Positions 1 through 8,928 of a stretch of 64,000 nt of DNA are shown piece by piece (positions within the stretch are counted from its first letter, which is position 1; every line of letters starts with the position of its first letter). Below the pieces are notes generated by a model. It searched no databases. It was not told the origin of the DNA and was given only the letters and a program-made list of their open reading frames with translations. The position numbers were made by a program, and so were the translations under genes. The DNA comes from an uncultured Acidobacteriota bacterium. GTDB taxonomy: Bacteria > Acidobacteriota > Terriglobia > Terriglobales > Acidobacteriaceae. The stretch covers positions 58,167 through 122,166 of the forward strand of contig CAWDFM010000004.1 in NCBI GenBank assembly GCA_963801615.1, written 5' to 3'.

Positions 1-387
1 GTTCGCCATGCCGCGCCGGCCCTCGGTAAAGTGGGTGCCGATGATGTTGCAATAGGAGGGAAACGCTACCGATTCGCCGAGCCCCAGAATGACGCGAATG
101 ACCATCAGCGCGGCAAATCCATGCAGGAGTCCGGTTACCGCGGTAGCGCTCGACCATAAAAAGAACCCGGCCGCGAAGACCCACTTCACGTCAAAGCGGT
201 CTGCCAGCCATCCGGCAGGAATTTGCATGCAGCCGTAGGTCCAGAAGAATGCCGATAACAGCGTGCCCAGCTGCAGATCGGAGAGGTGAAGTTCCCCTTT
301 GATGAGTTCAGCGGCGATGGAGAGATTGCTGCGGTCGATGTAGTTGATAAGAACAGAGAGGGCCAGCAGGAATAACACCCGGTTCAT
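1..387 (-). CDS. MFS transporter (ACS/hexuronate-like), N-terminal part only; 3' end lies beyond window start
   Basis: Manual translation of the minus strand from ATG at 387: MNRVLFLLALSVLINYIDRSNLSIAAELIKGELHLSDLQLGTLLSAFFWTYGCMQIPAGWLADRF...GLGESVAFP. This is the typical MFS TM1-TM4 pattern. Open-ended, so absent from the ORF track. Confidence 0.75.
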   Translation of the reverse strand, partial: MNRVLFLLALSVLINYIDRSNLSIAAELIKGELHLSDLQLGTLLSAFFWTYGCMQIPAGWLADRFDVKWVFAAGFFLWSSATAVTGLLHGFAALMVIRVILGLGESVAFPSYCNIIGTHFTEGRRGMAN

Positions 388-646
388 GGCAGAACTGTGG
401 CCGGCGGGCGGCGCCAGTGCCTGATCCGCCTGAATCGCTCCGACCGCGCCATTCGCCGGGAGGGTTACCATGGCAAAACTGAGCAATTGTACGCTCGTAT
501 CTCAAAATGCCAGAGCGATATTGCCTTCGGCCGAAGGGGATTTCGAGTGGAGGAGTTACTACCTGAAGAAGGTCTTTGAAGGGGAACAGGCAACTGGATG
601 ATCCGGCGCCCGTATTGCAAATCTAGACGATTACAACGTTTCGAAA

Positions 647-1669
647 TCAAGAGAAGGTTGGCAGCTTCACCAGGTCGTTCTTGGGTACGGACTCCAGTGG
701 CTTGCCGGCCTTGAGCCAGGCGTGCAGTCCGCCGACGATGATGAAGGCGTTGAATCCTCTTTCCCGCAGTAGATGCGCCACCCGGGCGCTGGTCGCTTCG
801 CGCGTTCAAGTACAGTACAGATAAATCTCTGTGTCCTTGGAAAGGTTCTTGATCTCCTCGTCGAGATTGTTCGGTTCAATGCGGATGGACCCGTGGATCC
901 GCTCGGCGCCGATATCGTAGTACCCATGACTGCGGACGTCGACGATCTGAATCTTGTCCCCAGCTCCGGCAGCGATCCGGGCCGCAAGCTCTGAAACCTG
1001 AATCCTTGGCACAACGTTATAAACCCTGTACTTGATAAAGTGCCTGACCCAGTAAGCGGCGTAAATGATGATGGCGATGGCCACCAGCACTTCCATCACG
1101 CGGCCTGCCGCATAGAAGCTTCGTAAGGTGGCTGCCAGGAAATCGCGGCTCACGTAGCCCACCAGGATGTAAACGGTGGTGTAGAGCAGCGCTCCGGCGG
1201 AATCCAGCAAAATGAATTGTCCGAAGCGCATTTTCATGCTGCCAGAAAGCGGCGCAGCCATGGTGTTGAGGCCGGGTACGAACTTGGCAATGACCAGCGT
1301 GGCTTTTCCGCGCTTGTAAAACGATTCCGCGGCGCGGAGCATACAAGTCTCAGGATTCATGGAAAGCCGGCATAGCACTCTCAGAAGCGCCCATCCCGTA
1401 TAACGCCCCAACCAGAACTGAATGATGTCGCCGGCGAGCAGCGCAACGACGGCGGCCAAAAAGACATTGGTAGCTACCAGTGTGTGCGCGGCGATCGCCG
1501 CTCCCGCGGCAATCATTGCGATCGATGCAGGCAGGGGAAGGCCCATGGCCTGCCCGAACAAAAAGGCAAATGTCAGGACATAACCGTGGCGGGCCACCGT
1601 TGCAACCAGGTCATTCATAACTGCTTCGCTTTGATTCCCCGAGGTCAGAGGAAGGTTCAGTATAAACAA
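647..1669 (-). CDS. DedA-family membrane protein fused to a C-terminal rhodanese domain; reading frame interrupted by in-frame TGA at 806..808 (Sec candidate or pseudogene)
   Basis: ORF 806..1669 has a DedA-like TM core followed by the start of a rhodanese domain (IQIVDVRSHGYYDIGAERIHGSIRIEP...EIYLYCT). The same frame continues after the TGA for 52 codons (TREATSARVAHLLRERGFNAFIIVGGLHAWLKAGKPLESVPKNDLVKLPTFS) to TGA 647..649, which completes the rhodanese fold. The likely true start is ATG 1618 (MNDLVATV). Confidence 0.7.
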
Positions 1670-1702
1670 AAGCCGGACGGATCTGTTGCGGATCCGCCCG
1701 GC
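1662..1702 (-). terminator. Rho-independent terminator-like hairpin plus U-tract (minus strand)
   Basis: Stem gccggacggatc / gatccgcccggc pairs at 11 of 12 positions around a 7-nt loop. On the minus strand it is followed by ttttgtttata. It lies about 45 nt upstream of the probable DedA start. Confidence 0.55.
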
Positions 1703-2117
1703 TCGACCGTCGGAGGAGCGAGTCTCTCAGGAGAACTTCCTCGACAGGATGAGCGAAACAGCGGCTTGCACTCGAAGTCTCTCCGGCCCTGTCGGGCCGG
1801 CGCGTCGAAAAACCTGGGCGCCTTTTCGTCACAGGCTTCGACTGAAGCCGCTGTCCCTATTGACGCATGGTCCGCCGCGGAGAAGACCCCCAGCGACTTG
1901 CCTTTCCCAAGTGCTAAGGGGAGAGGAGTGAGGTTGATCTTCTGCCTCACCGCATGCCAGTGCGTCTCGTTAGCTTTCCGCTCTGGTGGACACCCTCGTC
2001 AACTGCCCGCATTTTCCGACCAGTCCGGTGGAAAATCTGTACCCGCCATCACGGTTCGAGGTGACCCCGGTCAAGTAGGAGAGGGTTTCCAGTTTGTGCC
2101 CCAGGTCACAACGTGAA

Positions 2118-2228
2118 CATGTAGGGACAGCCGCCCTCGGCTGTCCGGCCCGGCGAAGCCGGGCAGAGGCGCCACTCAACAGTCGAGCTTCGCTCGACCG
2201 GACAGCCGAGGGCGGCTGTCCCTACATG
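2118..2228. repeat. REP-like nested palindromic element, full copy 1
   Basis: Sequence: catgtagggacagccgccctcggctgtccgg-cccggcgaagccggg-...-tcgagcttcgctcga-ccggacagccgagggcggctgtccctacatg. Outer arms are inverted repeats and each arm is itself a hairpin. Near-identical copies occur at 16718..16828 and 21064..21174. Confidence 0.8.
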
Positions 2229-2310
2229 CCTCTTGCATTAGGGGGTAGCCGCAGAGCAGAGCAGGAATTTTTCACAATTCAACTTGTGCCATGGGGAAAC
2301 GTTGGAACCA

Positions 2311-3408
2311 CTATTTTTCGCGCGCGACCACAAACTCTGGGGCCCAGAGCAGGGCGCGTTTTATCTCGGAATCGGGGAAGGTGCAGATGGCTTTCCTGGC
2401 AGACTCGGCGTATTGGACGGCGCGTTTGCCGGCGGCTTCCACCGAACCATAACGCTCCAGAATCTGCAGGATGTGCGCGTGCGTCACACCGTTGAAAGCT
2501 CGTTCCTGGAGAATGGTCTGAACCTTTTGACGTTCCTCGGAGGTGCAGCGTTCCAACGCGTGAATCACGGCCATGGTCGCCTTGCCCTCGCGCAGGTCGC
2601 TGGCCACCGGCTTTCCCAGCACGTCTGGCGAAGCCGTGAGATCCAGAACGTCGTCCACTATCTGAAACGCCATGCCCAGATCGTGCCCATATTTCCCCAG
2701 AGCGCCTTCTTGCTCCGGAGTCGCGCCGCCGAGAATCGCTCCCAGCCGCATGCACACGGAGAACAGGCAAGCCGTCTTACGAAAAATCAAATCGAAATAC
2801 TCTTCCTGGGTTATCAACTTCCCCAGCTTTTCAATCTGGAGCAGTTCGCCCTCCACCATCATCTGGGTGAGTTCGATCAGGGTGTCGAGGATGCGGAAGT
2901 TCCGTTCCTGCACCGCCATCTTGAACGCCTGCATGTAAAGCCAATCTCCGGCTAAAACGCACTTGGAATTTCCCCATTGGGTATTGGCTGCGGGACGGCC
3001 GCGCCGGGTCTTGGCTTCGTCAATGATGTCGTCGTGAACCAGGGTGGCCGTATGAATGATTTCGACCACCGCACCCAGGCGAACTGCTCCTCGGCCCTGG
3101 TAATTGAAGAGTTTCGACGAAAGCAGCAGAAGGGCAGGACGGATTCTCTTGCCCCCGCCGGCGCGCAGATATTCCCCGATCTCGGTGATGGCGCGAACGC
3201 TGGAGACGGTGTCCCGTCCAAATTCATCTTCCAAGGCGACGAGATCGTCTCGGAGAAGATCGAATACTTCCTTGCCATTAATCGTCGCGGGCGCGCTCAA
3301 GTCGGACCTCAGACCTCGCGCCGTCAACTTCAGCCTGCGCTGAAGCCTGACGCCTGAGGTCAGCCTTTCAGTTCGTTCTGTAGTTCGTAAATTGCAAGTC
3401 GATACCAA
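2311..3408 (-). CDS. trans-polyprenyl diphosphate synthase (IspB-like; chain length not determinable)
   Basis: Both Asp-rich motifs are present: LVHDDIIDE and FQIVDDVLD. The annotated start overlaps yajQ by 41 nt, so the true start is probably a downstream non-ATG codon. Confidence 0.85.
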   Translation of the reverse strand: MVSTCNLRTTERTERLTSGVRLQRRLKLTARGLRSDLSAPATINGKEVFDLLRDDLVALEDEFGRDTVSSVRAITEIGEYLRAGGGKRIRPALLLLSSKLFNYQGRGAVRLGAVVEIIHTATLVHDDIIDEAKTRRGRPAANTQWGNSKCVLAGDWLYMQAFKMAVQERNFRILDTLIELTQMMVEGELLQIEKLGKLITQEEYFDLIFRKTACLFSVCMRLGAILGGATPEQEGALGKYGHDLGMAFQIVDDVLDLTASPDVLGKPVASDLREGKATMAVIHALERCTSEERQKVQTILQERAFNGVTHAHILQILERYGSVEAAGKRAVQYAESARKAICTFPDSEIKRALLWAPEFVVAREK

Positions 3409-3862
3409 AATCGTGTTGCTTCAGCGTGGCAATGACGTCTTGCAAGGTGTCGCGATCCTTGCTGCTGATTCTGACCAGATCTCCCTGAATGGAAGCCTGT
3501 GCTTTCTTCTTCGAGTCTTTCACCAGCTTTACGATCTCCCGCGCTTTTTCAATGGCGATACCTTGCTGCATGGTGGCGCGACGCTTCGAGGTACCTCCGG
3601 CGGCGGGTTCCACCGGACCGTAGGTCAGCGCTTTCAGCGAAACGCCGCGCTTTACTAACTTCTGCTGCAGTACGTCATTGACCGCTTTCAGCTTGTATTC
3701 GTCGGCCGAGTGCAGAACGATCGCGTCCTTCTCCAATTCGATATTGGACTTGGAGTCCTTGAGGTCAAAGCGCGTGTGGACCTCCTTCAGCGCCTGCTGG
3801 ATGGCGTTCGAGACCTCCTGCAAATCGACCTTGCTGACGACGTCGAAGCTGTTATCGGGCAT
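3368..3862 (-). CDS. yajQ: YajQ-family nucleotide/c-di-GMP-binding protein (UPF0234)
   Basis: 164 aa. MPDNSFDVVSKVDLQEVSNAIQQALKEVHTRFDLKDSK... has the length and N-terminus typical of YajQ. Confidence 0.85.
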   Translation of the reverse strand: MPDNSFDVVSKVDLQEVSNAIQQALKEVHTRFDLKDSKSNIELEKDAIVLHSADEYKLKAVNDVLQQKLVKRGVSLKALTYGPVEPAAGGTSKRRATMQQGIAIEKAREIVKLVKDSKKKAQASIQGDLVRISSKDRDTLQDVIATLKQHDFGIDLQFTNYRTN

Positions 3863-3920
3863 ACATTTCTAATCTTTCTGAAATAAAAGTAAGCTGAGAT
3901 GAGGGTATCAGAATTGCGGA

Positions 3921-4745
3921 TTAACGTGCCGGAACTTTGCTTTCATCCATTTCAGATATTTTGAAAAAATTGTAGAAATTGCGGGCGGTGAGTTCTCCTA
4001 CTTCGTCCATCGTAAGGCCACGCAATTCGCCCAGCTTACCGGCGGTTTCTTTCAAGTACGCAGGTTCGTTGCGCTTGCCACGGTGAGGGAGGGGGGCCAG
4101 ATAGGGGCAATCGGTCTCGATCAAGATCCTGTCCAAGGGCACTTGCAGGGCCGCATCACGAATCTGCTGTGCTTTTGGAAATGTCAAATTTCCGGCGAAG
4201 GAAATCATGAATCCCATATCCAGCGCGCGTTGGGCATGGGTCCACGTTCCCGTAAAACAATGCAAGATGCCCCCGATGCTTTTGGGAGCCCATTGTTCCT
4301 GTATCAACTGCAGGCAGTCTTGCCATGCGTTCTCGCTGTTCTCCGATGGACGGCAATGGATCACGACGGGAAGCTTGGCCGTGCCCGCGAGTTCCATCTG
4401 GCGAACAAACACCTCTTTCTGTGTATCGCGCGGCGAGTGGTCGTAATAATAGTCGAGTCCGATCTCTCCCCATGCGATCACTTTAGGATGGCGCGCCAGT
4501 CGCTCCATTTCGGAGTACGCATGATCGGACGCCAGCCGGGCTTCGTGGGGATGGATCCCGATGGTGGCATAGAGGAAGGGATATTTGTCTGCAAGGCGCA
4601 CGCCGGCATCGAGTTGCGGGGGGCCATCGCCATTCCCGATCGTCACCATGGTTCGCACTCCAGCGTCCCGGGCGCGCGCAATCACCTGCTCGCGATCGGA
4701 GTCGAACTGCTTGCCGTCAAGATGTGCGTGCGAGTCGACGAACAC
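3921..4745 (-). CDS. TatD-family metal-dependent hydrolase
   Basis: MFVDSHAHLD start motif, IGLDYYY, HCF and ETDCPYL motifs. Confidence 0.85.
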   Translation of the reverse strand: MFVDSHAHLDGKQFDSDREQVIARARDAGVRTMVTIGNGDGPPQLDAGVRLADKYPFLYATIGIHPHEARLASDHAYSEMERLARHPKVIAWGEIGLDYYYDHSPRDTQKEVFVRQMELAGTAKLPVVIHCRPSENSENAWQDCLQLIQEQWAPKSIGGILHCFTGTWTHAQRALDMGFMISFAGNLTFPKAQQIRDAALQVPLDRILIETDCPYLAPLPHRGKRNEPAYLKETAGKLGELRGLTMDEVGELTARNFYNFFKISEMDESKVPAR

Positions 4746-4766
4746 GGTTCCTCTGAGTGAAACGGG

Positions 4767-6803
4767 CTATTTCAGTCGCGCCCCTACGGGCACTTCTTCC
4801 AAAAAGCTGGCCAGCACTGGCTTGCCGTCTTCGAGTGACGCGGCCACAATCATGCCGTTGGATTCGTAACCGCGCAGCTTGCGCGGTGCAAGATTCGCGA
4901 CAATGACGACTTTGCGCCCGACCAGGGTCTCGGGCGCGTAAGCTTCGGCGATGCCCGCCAGGACCTGCCGAACCTCTGTCCCTATGTCGACTTCCAGGCG
5001 CAATAACTTGTCGGACTTCGGAACACGTTCGGCGACCTTTACCAGTCCAACGCGCAATTCCACTTTCGCGAAATCATCGATGGAAATCTTGTTTCCGTCT
5101 TGCGAAACAGCTGCGGCCGTAGGAGCCGCCGTGCCTAGCGCAATGGCTGGGGGCGCTGCCACTGGCGGGGTGTTGGGCGTGGCCGCACTCTGCTTCGACT
5201 GTTCCACTTCCGGCCCTCTTTGCTGCTCTTCCATCTGCTGCATCCTTTCAATCGCGCTTTTATCCGCGCGAGGAAATACCGGACTCACCTTGCCCAGCTT
5301 GGTCCCGAGCGGCAGTTGACCCCAGCTGAGTTGAGTGAGATCGAGCTTCTTGATGTCTCCCAAACCGAGCTGCTCCCAGATTTTCGTCGTCGCCTCAGGG
5401 ATAACCGGGTGGGCGAGCGCCGTGGCAATGCGCAAAGCCTCCGCCGACGTGTAGAGCACGGTGGCCAAACGCGCGCGGCTCTCGTCATCCTGCTTTTCGC
5501 CCAGCGACCAGGGTTCGTTCTCGACGATGTATTTATCGACGGCCGCGACCAATCCCCAGGCAGTCTCCAGCGCGCGGGAAAACTGAAATTGATCAAAGAA
5601 CGTTCCAGATTCGCGAATGGTTTTTCGCCCAACCTCCGCGATGGCGTCGTCGGCCGGCGTCCGGGCCACGGCATGCGATGGATACGGCACTTCTCCCCTG
5701 AAGTAGCGATTGATCATCGTCAAGGTACGGCTCGCCAGATTGCCCAGCCCGTTGGCAAGATCAGAGTTATAGCGTTGCACCAGGGCGTCAAAGGAAAACG
5801 ATCCGTCCTGGCCGAAAACGACCTCGCGCAACAGGAAGTAGCGCAGCGCATCCGCGCCCAGCACGTCGAGAATGGTCTCGGTCCGCACGATGTTCCCACG
5901 CGACTTCGACATCTTGCTTTCTTCAAACAGCAGCCAGCCATGCGCCACGATGGCCTTCGGCAGTTCCAGACCCGCCGCCATTAAGAAAGCCGGCCAGTAG
6001 ACACAGTGGAAGCGCACAATCTCTTTGCCGATCATGTGCACGTCCGCTGGCCAGTATTTCTTGAATGCCTCCTGCGCCCCGGCATGCGAAGATCCGTAGC
6101 CGATCGCGGTGATGTAATTGGCCAGCGCATCCAGCCAGACGTAAATCACGTGCTTGGGATCGTCCGGCACCGGAATGCCCCACGAGAATGTCGAGCGACT
6201 GATCGAAAGATCGCGCAGTCCCGAGCGCACGAACGAGATCACTTCATTGCGCCGCGTCTCTGGACGAATGAAATCGGGATTCGCATAGATCTCCAGCAGC
6301 TTGTCCTGGAACGCCGACAGCTTGAAGAAGTAATTTTCTTCATGCACGGTTTCCGTGATGCGGCCGCAGTTCGGGCAGGGATCGCCCGGCTGGGCGCCGT
6401 CGACGTACATCTCGTCGGAGACGCAGTATTGACCGGTGTACGAGCCCTTATAGATGTAGCCGTTGTCACGAATGCGGCGGAATAGTTCCTGAACCCGCTT
6501 CTTATGGCGCTCTTCGGTGGTGCGGATGTAGTCGTCATTGGAGATGCCCATCCGCTTCCACAAGTTGCGGAACTCCGCCGAGATTTCGTCGGCATACTGC
6601 TGCGGAGTTTTTCCGGCGGCCTGGGCCGCGCGCTCTATCTTTTGTCCGTGCTCATCGGTGCCGGTCAGGAAGAAAGTGTCGGCGCCCAGAAGTCGCTGCC
6701 TGCGCGCAACCGTATCGCAGGCGATGGTCGTATACGCATGCCCAATGTGCGGGCGCGCATTCACGTAGTAAATCGGGGTTGTGATGTAGAACTTTCTGTT
6801 CAT
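4767..6803 (-). CDS. metG: methionine--tRNA ligase with C-terminal tRNA-binding (Trbp111-like) domain
   Basis: Motifs PIYYVNARPHIGHAYT (HIGH), KMSKS and a CPNCG zinc knuckle. C-terminal DFAKVELRVGLV... Confidence 0.95.
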   Translation of the reverse strand: MNRKFYITTPIYYVNARPHIGHAYTTIACDTVARRQRLLGADTFFLTGTDEHGQKIERAAQAAGKTPQQYADEISAEFRNLWKRMGISNDDYIRTTEERHKKRVQELFRRIRDNGYIYKGSYTGQYCVSDEMYVDGAQPGDPCPNCGRITETVHEENYFFKLSAFQDKLLEIYANPDFIRPETRRNEVISFVRSGLRDLSISRSTFSWGIPVPDDPKHVIYVWLDALANYITAIGYGSSHAGAQEAFKKYWPADVHMIGKEIVRFHCVYWPAFLMAAGLELPKAIVAHGWLLFEESKMSKSRGNIVRTETILDVLGADALRYFLLREVVFGQDGSFSFDALVQRYNSDLANGLGNLASRTLTMINRYFRGEVPYPSHAVARTPADDAIAEVGRKTIRESGTFFDQFQFSRALETAWGLVAAVDKYIVENEPWSLGEKQDDESRARLATVLYTSAEALRIATALAHPVIPEATTKIWEQLGLGDIKKLDLTQLSWGQLPLGTKLGKVSPVFPRADKSAIERMQQMEEQQRGPEVEQSKQSAATPNTPPVAAPPAIALGTAAPTAAAVSQDGNKISIDDFAKVELRVGLVKVAERVPKSDKLLRLEVDIGTEVRQVLAGIAEAYAPETLVGRKVVIVANLAPRKLRGYESNGMIVAASLEDGKPVLASFLEEVPVGARLK

Positions 6804-7456
6804 GAGATAACTTGTGGCTTGTGCGCAAAAATGTAAGCTCGGCGGCTTTGATACTCCACGTTCGGCGCATAAGGATCACGCTCGATCACTTCGTCGATCT
6901 CGAATCCGGCCTCGCGCATATATCCCATCACTGTACGCGCGCTAAAGAATGTGAACTCGAGAGAAACGCCGCATCCCCAAACGTCCTCTTCCAGTTGCGA
7001 GACATCTTCGCCCAGGTGAAAAGCGATCAGCAACTGTCCGCCGGGTTGCAGGACGCGTCGCATCTCTCGTAGGGCTTGAGCAACTTCTGCGCCCGGCAAG
7101 TTTACGATGGCATAGAATGCGGCAATACCCGCCCACGTATTCTCTGCAAACGGCAGCGCCCGCATGTCACCCCAATGAAAATCAATCCCCGAATTTAATT
7201 CTCTCGCCCGCTGGAGCATTCCGTCGGACAGATCAACGCCGCAGACCTGAATCCCTCTCCCTCGCAGGTATCGCGCAACCTGCCCCGGGCCGCATCCCAG
7301 ATCGCACGCCATCCCGCGATCGGCGACGCTGTCGGCAAAGCGATCGAGCAGTTCCCGATCCAGCGGTTTATGCCGCAGTTCATCATAGATACGGCGTGCA
7401 TATTCATCGGCGATCGAGTCGTAGCCGGATTGCACGTCGGGGATGCTCTGGGTCAT
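6800..7456 (-). CDS. class I SAM-dependent methyltransferase
   Basis: Motif I is ACDLGCGPGQVARYL. 218 aa. Its stop overlaps the metG start by 4 nt. Confidence 0.75.
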   Translation of the reverse strand: MTQSIPDVQSGYDSIADEYARRIYDELRHKPLDRELLDRFADSVADRGMACDLGCGPGQVARYLRGRGIQVCGVDLSDGMLQRARELNSGIDFHWGDMRALPFAENTWAGIAAFYAIVNLPGAEVAQALREMRRVLQPGGQLLIAFHLGEDVSQLEEDVWGCGVSLEFTFFSARTVMGYMREAGFEIDEVIERDPYAPNVEYQSRRAYIFAHKPQVIS

Positions 7457-7467
7457 GCGATGCCGAC

Positions 7468-8826
7468 CTATTTCTGCCCGCCGCTGGCATACGCTCGCGA
7501 TGCTTCCTGCATGACGGTCTTCAGCGGGACGTGGTGTTCGGTCGCGATCCGGCGGCAGTCTTCATATTCCGGCGCATAGTTGGTGACCGTTCCGTTCATG
7601 CTTGCGATCTTGATGCGGACCTCGCCCCACTGGGTGCGAACATTTTCCCATCGCCGCGCCAGAGTCTGGCGGACTTCATGCCGCTGGCGCACGCCCAGGG
7701 TGGTAGTTTCGGCGAAAATCAGCTGCGTCAGTTTGATCGCGTCGGCGGATTGGCAGAGCACGGTCAGCAACGTTCCCGGGCGATTCTTCTTCATCTGCAC
7801 CGGCATGCCGAAGACGTCGAGTGCGCCTTCCTGCAGCAGGCGATCCAATACGTACCCAAACACTTGCGGGTTGAGATCGTCGAGGTTCGCTTCCAACACG
7901 GAGATGGTTTCGGAATTCACTTTGTCCAGCGGCTTGGCGGCCTCGCCAATCACCAGTCGAACGACATTCGGATTGCGCTCGAAATCCCGCGATCCCGCCC
8001 CGTATCCGGCTCTTTCGACCTTCATCGGCGGAAAAGGTTCGAAGCGTTGCGCCAGAATCTTTACGATCGCCGCGCCCGTAGGAGTGACCAACTCACCTTG
8101 TACTCCGGAGGAATACACCGGGGCGTCCCGGAGAAGTTCCAGTGTGGCTGGCGCAGGAACCGGGAAAGTCCCATGAGCACAGTGGACTGTCCCTCCACCG
8201 ACATTTAAGGGCGAGCATACAAATTCATCGACTGCGAGTGCCTCTGCGCCCACCGCCGCACACACGATGTCCACGATCGCATCGACCGCCCCAACTTCGT
8301 GGAAGTGGATCTCTTCGATGGGCACGTCATGAATCTTTGCTTCGGCTGCGCCCAGCGCTTCGAAAACGGAAGTCGCAGTATTCTTTGCCTTGTCAGAGAT
8401 CTTCGCAGCCGAGATGATCTTTCGGATTTCGTTCAACCCACGATGCGTGTGCCGGTGTGTATGCGTATGTGGCGCCGGCGGGGTTTCGTGACTATGCGCG
8501 TGGTCGGGCGAGTGGGAGTGCCCATGTTCATGATGATGCTCTTGGCGCTCTTGGGCTTGAATCAGGGCGGGCGCGGCCGCGTGAGCCGCGTTCTGCTTCG
8601 CCCAATACTCCTCGCGAGGCATATCCTTCTCGCCCTCAACCCAGACGTCCACCTTGGTCGCCGAAATCCCGCTGCGCACTACCCGCGAAATCTCCAGCTT
8701 CGCTCCCAGGCCGAGCGCAGCAACTGTGTCCTCGAGGAGGCGCGGAGAGACTCCGGCATCTACCAGAGCGCCGAGGAACATATCGCCGCTGATTCCAGAA
8801 AAACACTCGAGATACGCGATTCTCAT
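7468..8826 (-). CDS. larC: LarC-family nickel insertion protein (nickel-pincer cofactor biosynthesis)
   Basis: N-terminus MRIAYLECFSGISGDMFLGALVDAGV and an internal His-rich tract HHHEHGHSHSPDHAHSH. About 450 aa. Confidence 0.85.
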   Translation of the reverse strand: MRIAYLECFSGISGDMFLGALVDAGVSPRLLEDTVAALGLGAKLEISRVVRSGISATKVDVWVEGEKDMPREEYWAKQNAAHAAAPALIQAQERQEHHHEHGHSHSPDHAHSHETPPAPHTHTHRHTHRGLNEIRKIISAAKISDKAKNTATSVFEALGAAEAKIHDVPIEEIHFHEVGAVDAIVDIVCAAVGAEALAVDEFVCSPLNVGGGTVHCAHGTFPVPAPATLELLRDAPVYSSGVQGELVTPTGAAIVKILAQRFEPFPPMKVERAGYGAGSRDFERNPNVVRLVIGEAAKPLDKVNSETISVLEANLDDLNPQVFGYVLDRLLQEGALDVFGMPVQMKKNRPGTLLTVLCQSADAIKLTQLIFAETTTLGVRQRHEVRQTLARRWENVRTQWGEVRIKIASMNGTVTNYAPEYEDCRRIATEHHVPLKTVMQEASRAYASGGQK

Positions 8827-8928
8827 GGCGGAGATCTCATCATAGGGAACCGTGCTATCAGCGTCAAACCTGTGCGCCGCGCCGACTCTGTTAAAATCAC
8901 TGTTTCTCCAACAGGTTAGAGGGCGTCC

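Noticed and set aside
1657-1950. 97-aa minus-strand ORF with fairly GC-rich third positions inside the non-coding leader.
   Set aside because: It has no ATG start, no RBS and no recognisable domain, and it reads straight through the terminator hairpin. It is most likely a chance open frame in GC-rich sequence.
1703-2117. Tested the hairpin-rich non-coding stretch by eye against tmRNA, RNase P RNA, SRP RNA, 6S RNA and the TPP, cobalamin, glycine and c-di-GMP riboswitch cores.
   Set aside because: None of the conserved cores is present. Missing are GAGGAAAGUCCGG and ACAGAAYCCGGCUUA for RNase P, a tRNA-like acceptor/T-arm with CCA and a short tag ORF for tmRNA, the ACCUGAUC box for TPP, and GCCACUG for B12. 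It is kept only as an unclassified structured region.
2094-2495. ORFs running through the REP-like elements: 2094..2495, 13481..13801, 16659..17306, 20912..21184, 21055..21552.
   Set aside because: Their only shared residues (…GGCPYM…, …AEAAVPT…) are translations of the palindromic repeat itself. They have no start context or domains and overlap real genes.
8430-8530. His-rich tract in LarC (HHHEHGHSHSPDHAHSHETPPAPHTHTHRHTH), considered as an anomaly.
   Set aside because: His-rich nickel-binding regions are a known feature of LarC-family proteins. The only thing noted is that no larB, larE or larA lies nearby in this window.
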